From assembly GCA_910588865.1 (NCBI GenBank), contig CAJUSJ010000006.1, forward strand, positions 4,755-68,754: a stretch of DNA of 64,000 nt. Reading direction: 5' to 3'. Position numbers and translations under genes: made by a program. The DNA comes from an uncultured Lachnospiraceae bacterium. GTDB lineage: Bacteria; Bacillota; Clostridia; Lachnospirales; Lachnospiraceae. Shown piece by piece: positions 17,079 through 27,519 of this stretch; the stretch's first letter is position 1, and every line of letters begins with the position of its first letter. The notes beneath the pieces are model-generated. The model saw only the letters and a program-made list of their open reading frames with translations, had not been told where the DNA came from and searched no databases.

Positions 17079-18139
17079 GCAGCGCATTCTTCGATAAGAT
17101 CTGTGATGGTTTGCACGGCATTGTTCAAGTGGCTCTGTTCCATCGCGTGGATAAACCCGGCTCTGTTCTGGTAAGTGTCCGATATGGCCTTGTACAGGCT
17201 GTCGTCGGTTATGGATTCTTCTTCCAGAACCGTACTGAAGCCCTGCTTTTCAAACGACGCGGCATTTAGGATTTGATCGCCCCGGCTGGCAGCGGCGGAC
17301 AGAGGGATCAGGATGTTAGGCTTGCGCAGCGCCAGAATCTCACATATAGAGTTGGCGCCAGCCCTGGACACCACCAAGTCGGCGGCAGCGAACAGATGCT
17401 TAAGAGGAGCGTCAACATATTCATACTGTACATATCCTTTGGAACCGATCAGGCTTTCGTCCAGATTGCCCTTCCCGCAGATATGTACCACCTGATATTC
17501 AGGCAGCAGGCGGGGCAGCAGTTTTCGAACCGCCGTGTTGACAGCTACAGAACCAAGACTTCCGCCGATGACCAGAATAACCGGTTTATCGGCAGCCAGA
17601 TGAGAATACTGCAGACCAGACAGCCGGTCGCCCTGGAGAAGCTCCGCCCGGATAGGAGAGCCGGTGAGAACCGCTTTCTCCTGGGGAAGATAGGACAGTG
17701 TTTCCGGGAAATTGCAGCACACTTTTCTGGCAGAAGGGATGCACAGCTTGTTGGCCAGTCCCGGGGTCATGTCAGATTCATGGATAATGGTTGGGATGCG
17801 GCAGAGCTTTGCTGCCAGGACCACAGGGACAGCCACAAAACCGCCTTTGGAAAAGATGACATCAGGCTTATATTTTTTCAGGAGCCTTAGGGCCTCCCCA
17901 TAGCCTTTTATCACGCGGAATGGGTCTGAGAAATTTTTTGGGTCAAAATACCGGCGCAGTTTTCCAGAAGAAATCCCGTCATAAGGGATTCCGGCATTTT
18001 CAATGAGCTTTCTCTCCATCCCCTGATAGGAACCGATGTAGCGGATCTCGTATCCCAGTTCCTGAAGAGAAGGAATCAGGGCCAGGTTGGGTGTTACATG
18101 TCCGGCAGTACCACCGCCGGTCAGGATGATCTTTTTCAT
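17066..18139 (-). CDS. murG: Undecaprenyldiphospho-muramoylpentapeptide beta-N-acetylglucosaminyltransferase
   Basis: 357 aa. LTGGGTAGHVTPNLAL N-terminal G-loop; typical MurG length and C-terminal glycosyltransferase half (VSRAGANSICE). Confidence 0.9.
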   Translation of the reverse strand: MKKIILTGGGTAGHVTPNLALIPSLQELGYEIRYIGSYQGMERKLIENAGIPYDGISSGKLRRYFDPKNFSDPFRVIKGYGEALRLLKKYKPDVIFSKGGFVAVPVVLAAKLCRIPTIIHESDMTPGLANKLCIPSARKVCCNFPETLSYLPQEKAVLTGSPIRAELLQGDRLSGLQYSHLAADKPVILVIGGSLGSVAVNTAVRKLLPRLLPEYQVVHICGKGNLDESLIGSKGYVQYEYVDAPLKHLFAAADLVVSRAGANSICEILALRKPNILIPLSAAASRGDQILNAASFEKQGFSTVLEEESITDDSLYKAISDTYQNRAGFIHAMEQSHLNNAVQTITDLIEECAAHGN

Positions 18140-18600
18140 AAGACACTGCCTCCAATTTATAAAAGCTTACCCACTTAGGGTAGCCGTATTGCTATAATAT
18201 ATACTAAACAATCACTTTAAAAAGTCAAGACCTAAGTACAAAAGAAAACATTCAGAGAGGTAATGAATGGGTGATAGTTCAGATACCCGATGAGCTGTCA
18301 CGGCATCTGGCCATTTAAAACCGCCTGTGGCGATAGACCGGCGGCTTGCGACTGCCACATTGTCGTAGGGTCAGCGTGGTGAAAGCACAGACCTATCTGA
18401 AGTGTTATAAAAAATGTTACTGTTCACAAACAGGCCCGCCAATGTAACCCTGCCTGTCATTAAAGTCACCTGCGGTGATGGACAGCCAGAATTGCCCGTT
18501 TTATGCGATGCCCCATAACTGATCAATGGATGACCAGTTGTTGAGTGACCAGTAATTAAAAAATCTCAAAATTTTAGAGATCAAATGTGCGAGGTGACCT

Positions 18601-19404
18601 GTGAGGAGAGAAAGTCAAGAGTATTTGGAAAATAATCCCATAGACCAGAAAGTGGCAGAGTCTTTCAACCGAACCGACCAGCAGCGGGCAAAAGAGTTGG
18701 AGGCCATAAAAGCATCTATCTCCCAGGCCAACCTACCCAAAGCTCCGGTCGGAGAACTCCAAAAAATTATGGACCGAGTTGAAGAAGAGTTGGATGCCAA
18801 ACCTTCACACCACAAAAAAAACAATGTACGCAAAATGGTCAAGATGTTGGCAGCCGCCGCAGTTCTGGGCGCAATGGTGATTGGTGGCAGTATGTGGGTT
18901 GGGGCGAAGAGGTATTATACGTATGAGATGCGAGAAGAGGTTAATTTAGATAATGTAGTAGTGTTTGATAATAATGAAGGTAATCTGGTTATAGATAGCA
19001 AAACTGAAGAGAGAATGGCATATGAGCAGATAGAAAAGGAATTGGGTATAGAAGCACTAGAGCTATCTTATCTGCCAAAAGAAATGACTTTTTACAAATT
19101 TACACTTTTAAAGAGAAAAGGCATGATGGAGTTTACTGCTGGTCAGGATAAACTATTTTTTTATCAGGGTTTAAATGATAGGCCAAGTTCACTTAGTTAT
19201 GTTTCGGATATGAAAGAATTTGAAAAGGTTTACAATGAATATTTAGAAGAAGAAATAACTTTATACCAAAAGATATTAGAAGATGGGAATATAGAGATTA
19301 GCAGTTGGGCTATAAATGGAAATCAGTATTTCTTTTTACATGGAATTATTAATGAAGAATTATTTAAGCAAATTGTTGGTGGTATAAAACCATATGAAAA
19401 ATGA
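18601..19404 (+). CDS. Membrane-anchored anti-sigma-like protein (DUF4367-like from memory)
   Basis: GTG start after GAGGTGA. Cytoplasmic charged N-region, a single TM (MLAAAAVLGAMVIGGSMWV) and a ~170-aa extracytoplasmic domain. GC drops sharply after about 18900. Confidence 0.45.
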   Translation: MRRESQEYLENNPIDQKVAESFNRTDQQRAKELEAIKASISQANLPKAPVGELQKIMDRVEEELDAKPSHHKKNNVRKMVKMLAAAAVLGAMVIGGSMWVGAKRYYTYEMREEVNLDNVVVFDNNEGNLVIDSKTEERMAYEQIEKELGIEALELSYLPKEMTFYKFTLLKRKGMMEFTAGQDKLFFYQGLNDRPSSLSYVSDMKEFEKVYNEYLEEEITLYQKILEDGNIEISSWAINGNQYFFLHGIINEELFKQIVGGIKPYEK

Positions 19405-19428
19405 AAGTTTTTAAGGAGGATTCTATTT

Positions 19429-19920
19429 ATGAAAAAAACAATGAGAGTAATTGCTTTGTTTTTAGTGTTGACAATACTAGGAACTAGCGTTGCTTTTGCG
19501 GAAGATTCTGAAATTATAATAGAGCCTAGAAGTAGGTATTTGGCTACGGGAATATCAGAAGTAACTAATGAAGGAGAAGGTGTTTTAAGTATTTATGCGG
19601 ATTTTACATCATATAATTCAGTTAAGTGGGCGAGTTTAACGATTACTTTACAAAAGAGAAAGAGCGCAAGTTCAGGTAGTTGGACTGATGTGAAGACATA
19701 TACGTATGAATTTGATGCTGCTGATGAACCAGATGGAGAGTTAACATATGGATATGCAGAGTTTGAAGTTCATGGATTACAGACAGATTATTATTATCGT
19801 GTAAAATGTGTACATAAAGTAAAAACTCCTGATGATACATATGAAAGCAAAACCTCCCAGACCAGCGGCGTCCTTCTCACCTCCTACCCTGTATTCCGTA
19901 GCCAAAGCGAAGAAAACTAA
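19429..19920 (+). CDS. Small secreted protein of unknown function
   Basis: RBS AAGGAGG. Signal peptide MKKTMRVIALFLVLTILGTSVAFA. Beta-rich composition; AT-rich gene. Confidence 0.6.
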   Translation: MKKTMRVIALFLVLTILGTSVAFAEDSEIIIEPRSRYLATGISEVTNEGEGVLSIYADFTSYNSVKWASLTITLQKRKSASSGSWTDVKTYTYEFDAADEPDGELTYGYAEFEVHGLQTDYYYRVKCVHKVKTPDDTYESKTSQTSGVLLTSYPVFRSQSEEN

Positions 19921-19973
19921 TCACATAAATTTAGCCATGAAATTTTCAATATTCCAAAGTATAATCTAAAAGA

Positions 19974-20036
19974 GGCAGTACTTTTGACACTAAAGATCAT
20001 TTATCCAAAGTACCCAAAAGTACTGCCCTTTTCTTT
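19974..20036 (+). terminator. Terminator-like hairpin after the secreted-protein gene
   Basis: Perfect 13-bp stem GGCAGTACTTTTG (19974-19986) / CAAAAGTACTGCC (20015-20027) followed by CTTTTCTTT. The 28-nt loop is unusually large. Confidence 0.45.
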
Positions 20037-20294
20037 GCAAACGGTGGACAACACATATCTGCATTATCCCAGAAAAATATGAATAAATAGCCAATCTTTA
20101 GCAATAAGTATTTCCCCCAAAAGCATTTTCTGTTCATGTAGATGAACAAATATCCCAGGAATTTCCGGGCGGTATTCTGACTGCTTTAAAGGTCTGATAT
20201 GTTCTGAGTTTGCGCAAAACAGAGAAATTCAGAGGCTTTGAAAGCGTCTCTTAACAAAAGAGAACACTTCCCATGGAGATTTCCATTTGCCCCC

Positions 20295-20896
20295 TTACTT
20301 TCTATTCTTGATTTGCCAATAACCTTTTATATCAGATCCAACTCGTTGGAGGATACCTTTGCCTTTAAGAGGTTTAATTCTCAAAAAATTGTTTTACAGC
20401 TCACACCCAGCTTTTCTGTCAGGACAGCGTAAGTGCAGACAGGATCTTCGAGTAACAATGATAAAAGTTTCTGTTCCGCCTCAATCACCTCTCAGTCACC
20501 TTCTCAGTCACCTTCTCAGTCACCATATCAAGCGAGGTGCGCGTGATTCGGTCTTCAGATGCTATGAATTGTATCTTCTGGTAGGGAGAGCCATGTTCCT
20601 TACATGCCTGACAAATTTTTTTGATGCCGCATCCCCAACTTCCAATGAGACCCGCTAAGTAATATACATTAGCAATAGAGGGGGTATATGGCCGAGATAC
20701 ATGTTTGGACATTATCAAAGAAGCCAATCTTGTTATATGAACCAAGCTGCCGCTTGTCGTGGTCTTTGATGAACAAGAGCACGGCCGCGTTTGTATAGTG
20801 TCCGGTATTAGTCAGGCGGAGATTTTCCATCAGCGGCTTTGGACTCAGACAGAAGGCTCTCTCCCTCCATAACGAATCACCCCACCGATTTGTCAT
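20295..20896 (-). pseudogene. Frameshifted remnant of an AlbA_2 / HATPase_c_4 / wHTH putative DNA-binding ATPase gene (the family often annotated RecG-like)
   Basis: Three pieces in different minus-strand frames. First, LTNTGHYTNAAVLLFIKD (20669-20896). Second, YLAGLIGSWGCGIKKICQACKEHGSPYQKIQF...VTEKVTEKVTE (20485-20745). Third, hand-translated EAEQKLLSLLLEDPVCTYAVLTEKLGVSCKTIF and, in another frame, IKPLKGKGILQRVGSDIKGYWQIKNRK-stop (stop at 20295-20297). Confidence 0.6.
20481..20524. repeat. 12-bp tandem repeat (about 3.5 copies of CTCAGTCACCTT)
   Basis: tcaatcacct ctcagtcacctt ctcagtcacctt ctcagtcacc. Encodes the VTEK repeats of the pseudogene on the minus strand. Confidence 0.85.
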
Positions 20897-21055
20897 GGGC
20901 CAGTATCGTTATGTGCCCAAAGCATATGCCCCATCACCGCGGACGATTAATATGCTCATATACAATTACGTCCCCATGCCCCCCATGAACCAACAACATT
21001 GCTGTCTGAGCAGCAACAATAATCCCCTCATTATCTCTCCCCCCTAAAAAACCAG

Positions 21056-22093
21056 TTGAAATCCCCAAAAAAATCCCATACAATAAAAAAGGAGAGTCAC
21101 GGGAAAGGCCCCATCATGCCCAGCCATGATTCATCCACCCTAACATACAACACACCATATGACGATATATGGCGGACCATTGTAGATCGAATGCCCCATT
21201 TATTAATACCATTAGTCAACGAAGTGTTCAAAGAAAGCTATCCAGAAAGCGAACCAGTAACCCCACTGCAAAATGAGCACATGGACAGCGCGGCGGACAA
21301 AATAATCTCGGATTCCTATATACGGATACGAGACAAATACTACCATTTGGAATGTCAAAGCAGCCCCGACGGGACCATGGCGATCCGGATGATTGAGTAT
21401 GATTTTCTCATAGCCATAAAACACGCCCAAAAAGATGAAATGGAATACACCATAAATTATCCTCATTCATGTGTGATCTATCTCCGCCACAAGGAAACGA
21501 CACCGGATCTTCTGACTGTTCATGTCAACTTCCCGGACGGAAATGCCGTATCCTACAAAACGCCTATTATAAAAACGCGCAATTACACACTGGATGACAT
21601 TTTCGTAAAAAACCTTCTGTGCCTGCTTCCCTATTACATCGTAAGATATGAGGATTCCCTCCATGATATCAATAAAGACGATGAACGGTTAGAGCAATTG
21701 AAAGAGGAATATCGCCGGATATATGCCCATTTACTGACATTACAACAGCAAGGGATTCTCAGCCAGTATGATGCCGCGGAATTAAAGACACTTATAGATC
21801 TGTTAGTGAACCATGTTGCCCAAAAAGAACACCGAATCAGGAAAGGAGTTATTTCTATGGGTGGTAAAGTTCTCATTTTTCCACATGATATCGCGTACGA
21901 CCAGGGAATCGCCAAGGGAGAAGCCAGGGGAGAGATCAAAGGCACCCAGAAGACCAAAAAGGAGTCAGCCTTTGAGATGTTTGAAGACAGGGTTCCCTGT
22001 GAGAAAGTGGCCAGGTATATTCATGAGACTATCGAAAATGTTAAAGAATTGGAAAAAGAGTGGAGGAAAAGCGGTAAAAACTTTAAAAAATAA
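21056..22093 (+). CDS. Rpn/YhgA-like PD-(D/E)XK nuclease (transposase-like) protein
   Basis: 345-aa ORF (an ATG at 21116 is an alternative start). YYHLECQSSPDGTMAIRMIEYDF fits the E-x-Q...RM..Y core of the family. A C-terminal GIAKGEARGEIKG repeat is present. AT-rich. Confidence 0.55.
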   Translation: MKSPKKSHTIKKESHGKGPIMPSHDSSTLTYNTPYDDIWRTIVDRMPHLLIPLVNEVFKESYPESEPVTPLQNEHMDSAADKIISDSYIRIRDKYYHLECQSSPDGTMAIRMIEYDFLIAIKHAQKDEMEYTINYPHSCVIYLRHKETTPDLLTVHVNFPDGNAVSYKTPIIKTRNYTLDDIFVKNLLCLLPYYIVRYEDSLHDINKDDERLEQLKEEYRRIYAHLLTLQQQGILSQYDAAELKTLIDLLVNHVAQKEHRIRKGVISMGGKVLIFPHDIAYDQGIAKGEARGEIKGTQKTKKESAFEMFEDRVPCEKVARYIHETIENVKELEKEWRKSGKNFKK

Positions 22094-22210
22094 AATTAAT
22101 ACTTGGATATAAGGATGTATTTTGTTATAATGATACTTGCTATGAGCGTTGGGATCTATCATAAATAAGTCATAGCAGGTGCTATTGACAATCAAGAATG
22201 GAGATTGTAC

Positions 22211-24172
22211 ATGGTTAGCAGACAGATGGGCGATATTTATCGAATGCTGTCAGAACATGAATATCAGACAGCGGAGGCTTTGGGAGAAAGCCTTGGTGTC
22301 AGCAGCAAGACGGTGCGCAATCAGCTGAAAAACCTGAATGAGCTGTTAAGTGATTTTGGCGTTTATGTGGAGTCAAAGCATGGAACAGGCTACCGTCTGG
22401 TGGTTGAGGACACGGAGAGACGGAAAGAACTGGAAGCAATGATGCAGAAGAAGGAGCTTCAGGAATCAGGGATTCCCAACTCGTCAGAAGAGAGGGTTGA
22501 GTATCTCCTGGAATATCTTTTGAACACAGACGGATATGTAAAGTTGGACGAGCTCAGCGAGATGCTTTACATTTCCAAGAAGACCCTGACCGGCAATCTG
22601 AAAGAGGTGGAGAATCTGCTGAAGGAGTACCATCTGTGTCTTCAGAGGAAGCCTAATTATGGGATCCGGGTTGAGGGAAGGGAGTTTGACCGACGGCTGT
22701 GTATTGCCGGATATGTGGCGAGAAAAGTTCAGTTGTCGGAAAAGCTGGATGGAGATCAGGATGTGACGGAAGAGATTCAGTGGATCCATCAGTGTGTACA
22801 GAACTGTCTTTCCAGATACAGTTTTGACATTTCCAGCGTGGCTTTTCAAAACCTGGTATTACATATCCAGATCGCGATACTGCGTATGAGGGGCGGGCAT
22901 TATGTTCCTATGATGGAAAGTGAATCAGACAAGATACGGGATAAAAAGACTTACCGGATAGCTGAGGATATTTTGGGAAAGATCAAAGAAAAGTTTCTGG
23001 TGGATTTTCCGGACAGCGAGATCGGATATATCGCCATTCACTTGGAAGGCAAGAAGATGCTGATCAATACCACTGCCGCGGAGGAGACTGAGGGGAATCT
23101 GATCATCAGCCAGGAGATCAGCGATCTGGTGGGATTTATGCTCTCGGCAGTGTATGATGCCTTTAAATTTGATTTTCGGGATGACTTGGAGCTGCGTATG
23201 TCTTTAAGTCAGCATCTTGTGCCCCTGGTAGTCCGTCTCCAGCATGACATGAAGCTGACCAACCCACTGCTTAGGGACATCCGGGAGAGGTATTCTCTGG
23301 CCTACAGCATGGCCACAACATCCTGTGTGATACTGAATCACAAATATCACAAGATCGTGAAGGAAGATGAGATCGGCTACATTGCCCTTTTGTTCGCGTT
23401 GGCGCTGGAGCGGAAAAAGACGGAGATCGCCAAAAAGAATATACTGCTGGTGTGCGCGTCGGGAAAGGGCAGCGCCCAGCTGCTTTTGTATCGGTACAAA
23501 ACAGAATTTGGCCCTTATATCAATAAGATCAGCGTTTGTGATGTGGGGAGGATACAAGAACAGGATTTTACGGATATCGACTATATATTCACCACAGTGC
23601 CTATCCCTGTGAAGGTTCCGGTTCCCATCCAGGAGGTAGAGTATTTCCTGAAGAATTCTGATGTACAGGCGGTAAAAAGAACTCTTATGGGCAAGACCGA
23701 CAGCCCTGTGCTGGATATTTATCCCAAGGATCTGTTTTTGCCCCATATGAAGTTCGGGGATAAAGATGAGGCACTGAGGACACTCTGCGGATTTGTGTAC
23801 GAACGGGGACTGGTGCCAAAGGAATTTTTAGATTCTGTCCGGGCCAGAGAGGTTCTGGCCAAAACCGCTTTCGGCAACTCCGTGGCCATGCCTCACCCCA
23901 TAGAGGTTATGGGAAAGAGTCCCTTTGTGTGCGTGGCGGTTTTGGATGAGCCGATTTTGTGGACCCAGGATGATCCGGACAGCATGATCCAGGTGATCTT
24001 CCTGGTATCTGTGGCCAATTATGAAAATTTTGATGTCCAGAAATTCTATCAGGTTACAGCCAAGCTTCTGTTGGACGGAGCCAGCATGAGGGAACTCATC
24101 CGGACTTCCACATATGAGACTCTCAAACATCTTCTCCTTAAGATGGAACAGCAGGTTGAAGAAGAGATATAA
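22211..24172 (+). CDS. LicR/MtlR-type PRD-domain transcriptional activator (HTH-Mga-PRD-PRD-EIIB-EIIA architecture)
   Basis: ATG at 22211 after GGAG. N-terminal HTH (QTAEALGESLGVSSKTVRNQL), two PRD-like regions (EIGYIAIHLEG, EIGYIALLFALA), an EIIB-like LLVCASGKGSAQLL and an EIIA(Mtl/Fru)-type GNSVAMPHP. No AAA+ domain. Confidence 0.8.
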   Translation: MVSRQMGDIYRMLSEHEYQTAEALGESLGVSSKTVRNQLKNLNELLSDFGVYVESKHGTGYRLVVEDTERRKELEAMMQKKELQESGIPNSSEERVEYLLEYLLNTDGYVKLDELSEMLYISKKTLTGNLKEVENLLKEYHLCLQRKPNYGIRVEGREFDRRLCIAGYVARKVQLSEKLDGDQDVTEEIQWIHQCVQNCLSRYSFDISSVAFQNLVLHIQIAILRMRGGHYVPMMESESDKIRDKKTYRIAEDILGKIKEKFLVDFPDSEIGYIAIHLEGKKMLINTTAAEETEGNLIISQEISDLVGFMLSAVYDAFKFDFRDDLELRMSLSQHLVPLVVRLQHDMKLTNPLLRDIRERYSLAYSMATTSCVILNHKYHKIVKEDEIGYIALLFALALERKKTEIAKKNILLVCASGKGSAQLLLYRYKTEFGPYINKISVCDVGRIQEQDFTDIDYIFTTVPIPVKVPVPIQEVEYFLKNSDVQAVKRTLMGKTDSPVLDIYPKDLFLPHMKFGDKDEALRTLCGFVYERGLVPKEFLDSVRAREVLAKTAFGNSVAMPHPIEVMGKSPFVCVAVLDEPILWTQDDPDSMIQVIFLVSVANYENFDVQKFYQVTAKLLLDGASMRELIRTSTYETLKHLLLKMEQQVEEEI

Positions 24173-24221
24173 CCCAATCCCAGGGCCCTATCCCTGAGAC
24201 CTTTCTTCTCCAACCCGCCTC

Positions 24222-24254
24222 GGCTCCGGCCCCCAATAGCCGGAGCTGTTTTTA
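24222..24254 (+). terminator. Rho-independent terminator of the PRD activator gene
   Basis: 8-bp stem GCTCCGGC (24223-24230) / GCCGGAGC (24239-24246), then TGTTTTTA. Confidence 0.7.
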
Positions 24255-24322
24255 TGTACACGGGGCGGAAGGGAAATGTGGCCGTTTGCGCGGCCCCGCC
24301 CCAGCACGGCGAGGTAGGGGGG
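24255..24322 (+). repeat. GC-rich hairpin element, copy A (REP-like)
   Basis: TGTACACGGGGCGGAAGGGAAATGTGGCCGTTTGCGCGGCCCCGCCCCAGCACGGCGAGGTAGGGGGG. A related copy lies at 29448-29514 in the same orientation. Confidence 0.7.
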
Positions 24323-24347
24323 AGACCTCCCTTACTGAATTGCCGTC

Positions 24348-26000
<1,653 letters not shown>

Positions 26001-26049
26001 CTAAAAACAGGCATAATAACGGAGGAAACAAAGGGCAAAGGGAAAAAGG

Positions 26050-26071
26050 TTCCACTTCTAAAATGGAAAAA
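26050..26071. promoter_or_regulatory. Candidate operator 2 (PTS side) for the PRD activator
   Basis: TTCCACTTCTAAAATGGAAAAA. Ends 30 nt from TGTTATGAT (extended -10, hexamer at 26102-26107). Confidence 0.45.
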
Positions 26072-26175
26072 GTTGATATGGAGTTCCGCTTTTTCATATG
26101 TTATGATGTTAAACAGTCGAAATGACCGACCTGTGAGCGCGCGCACCGGGTAACGAAAACTTAGGAGGGTTCACC

Positions 26176-27486
26176 ATGAAAGAGAAAATGATGAATGGCT
26201 TTCTTCTTTTTGCGACAAAGCTTCAGACTCAGAGGCATATAAGCGCAATTAAAGACGGCTTCACCACACTGCTGCCTATCATTATTGTGGGTTCATTCTG
26301 TACATTATTTTCTAATATCGTCTGCAACACTACACCCGGATATGTCAGCATAGCTAATCTTCCGGGCATGTCCTGGCTGGGCGCGTTAAAACCTATGTTT
26401 GATGCCGCTAACTGGGGTACCATGAACATGTTGGCTATCGGTGCCTGTATCCTGATCTCCATGGAACTTGGAGAGGGTATGGGACAGCATGACTGGTCTC
26501 TGCCCATCACGGCTCTGGCCTGCTACATCGCTCTGGTTAAGACAACCACTACCGTGACCGCTCAGTCCGGTGAGGTTCTGACCGTAAGTAACGTTCTGAC
26601 CAATGAAGTGACAAGTGCCAGAGGTCTGTTCGTGGCCATGGTCGCGGCTCTGGTATCCGCAGAGATCTATTGCAGGCTGGTATCCAGCGGAAAACTTGAC
26701 ATCAAGATGCCTGAGAGCGTTCCGTCTAATGTGGCTAAGTCTTTCAGCGTTTTGTTCCCAAGCTGTGTGACAGTATTCCTTGTAGCTGGTTTTGGTCTTC
26801 TGTTCACAACTGTTACCAAGATGACTGTTCCGGAAGCCATCATTAAGTTTATCCAGACACCACTTTCTAATGTTATGACAAGCTGGGTTGGATATGTTGT
26901 GCTGGTATTCATGACCGATGTGCTGTGGATTTTCGGTATCCACGGAACACAGACACTGAAGGGTATTTACGATCCTATTCTTCTGGCCGCTTTTGCTGAG
27001 AATGAGGCAGCGTATGCCGCGGGCGAAGCTATCCCCAACATTATCAGCACACCGTTTATGAGCTGCTTCGGTACTGTAACCGGTGCCGGTATCACGGGTG
27101 GACTTCTGATCGCGATCTTCTTATTTTCGAAGAGAGAGGATTACAGGGCTATCGCCAAGCTGGCTGTTCCCTGCGGGATTTTCAATATTAACGAGCCGCT
27201 GACCTTTGGTCTTCCCATTGTTATGAATCCCATTCTGGCGATTCCTTTTATGATCGCTCCGGCGGTTTCCAACATCTTCGGGTATTTTATGACCACTATC
27301 GGATTCTGCGGCAGGATGGTTGTTAACGCTCCGTGGACCACACCGCCAGGACTTATGGCGTTCCTCTGCTCCGGTGGTAATGTGGGCGCGGCTATTACTC
27401 AGATCATCGTTATTCTGTTGGCAGCGGTTGTATACGCGCCATTCGTTATCGCGTCCAACAGCCAGGCGGTGCCGACTGAGGAATAA
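26176..27486 (+). CDS. PTS lactose/cellobiose-family EIIC permease
   Basis: 436 aa, about 10 TM segments. The N-terminus TQRHISAIKDGFTTLLPIIIVGSF is typical of EIIC type 3. RBS AGGAGGG. Confidence 0.85.
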   Translation: MKEKMMNGFLLFATKLQTQRHISAIKDGFTTLLPIIIVGSFCTLFSNIVCNTTPGYVSIANLPGMSWLGALKPMFDAANWGTMNMLAIGACILISMELGEGMGQHDWSLPITALACYIALVKTTTTVTAQSGEVLTVSNVLTNEVTSARGLFVAMVAALVSAEIYCRLVSSGKLDIKMPESVPSNVAKSFSVLFPSCVTVFLVAGFGLLFTTVTKMTVPEAIIKFIQTPLSNVMTSWVGYVVLVFMTDVLWIFGIHGTQTLKGIYDPILLAAFAENEAAYAAGEAIPNIISTPFMSCFGTVTGAGITGGLLIAIFLFSKREDYRAIAKLAVPCGIFNINEPLTFGLPIVMNPILAIPFMIAPAVSNIFGYFMTTIGFCGRMVVNAPWTTPPGLMAFLCSGGNVGAAITQIIVILLAAVVYAPFVIASNSQAVPTEE

Positions 27487-27519
27487 TTGATATATGCTAG
27501 TTATTTCGGAGGACATGGA

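Noticed and set aside
18290-18382. 30-codon Cys-rich ORF (MSCHGIWPFKTACGDRPAACDCHIVVGSAW) in the murG-distal spacer
   Set aside because: No Shine-Dalgarno sequence upstream, so it is likely a chance ORF. It is kept only as part of the unexplained-spacer finding.
20481-20524. Short tandem repeat considered as a possible CRISPR or minisatellite
   Set aside because: The units are 12 bp with no spacers and lie inside a coding remnant (VTEK repeats). Not a CRISPR array.
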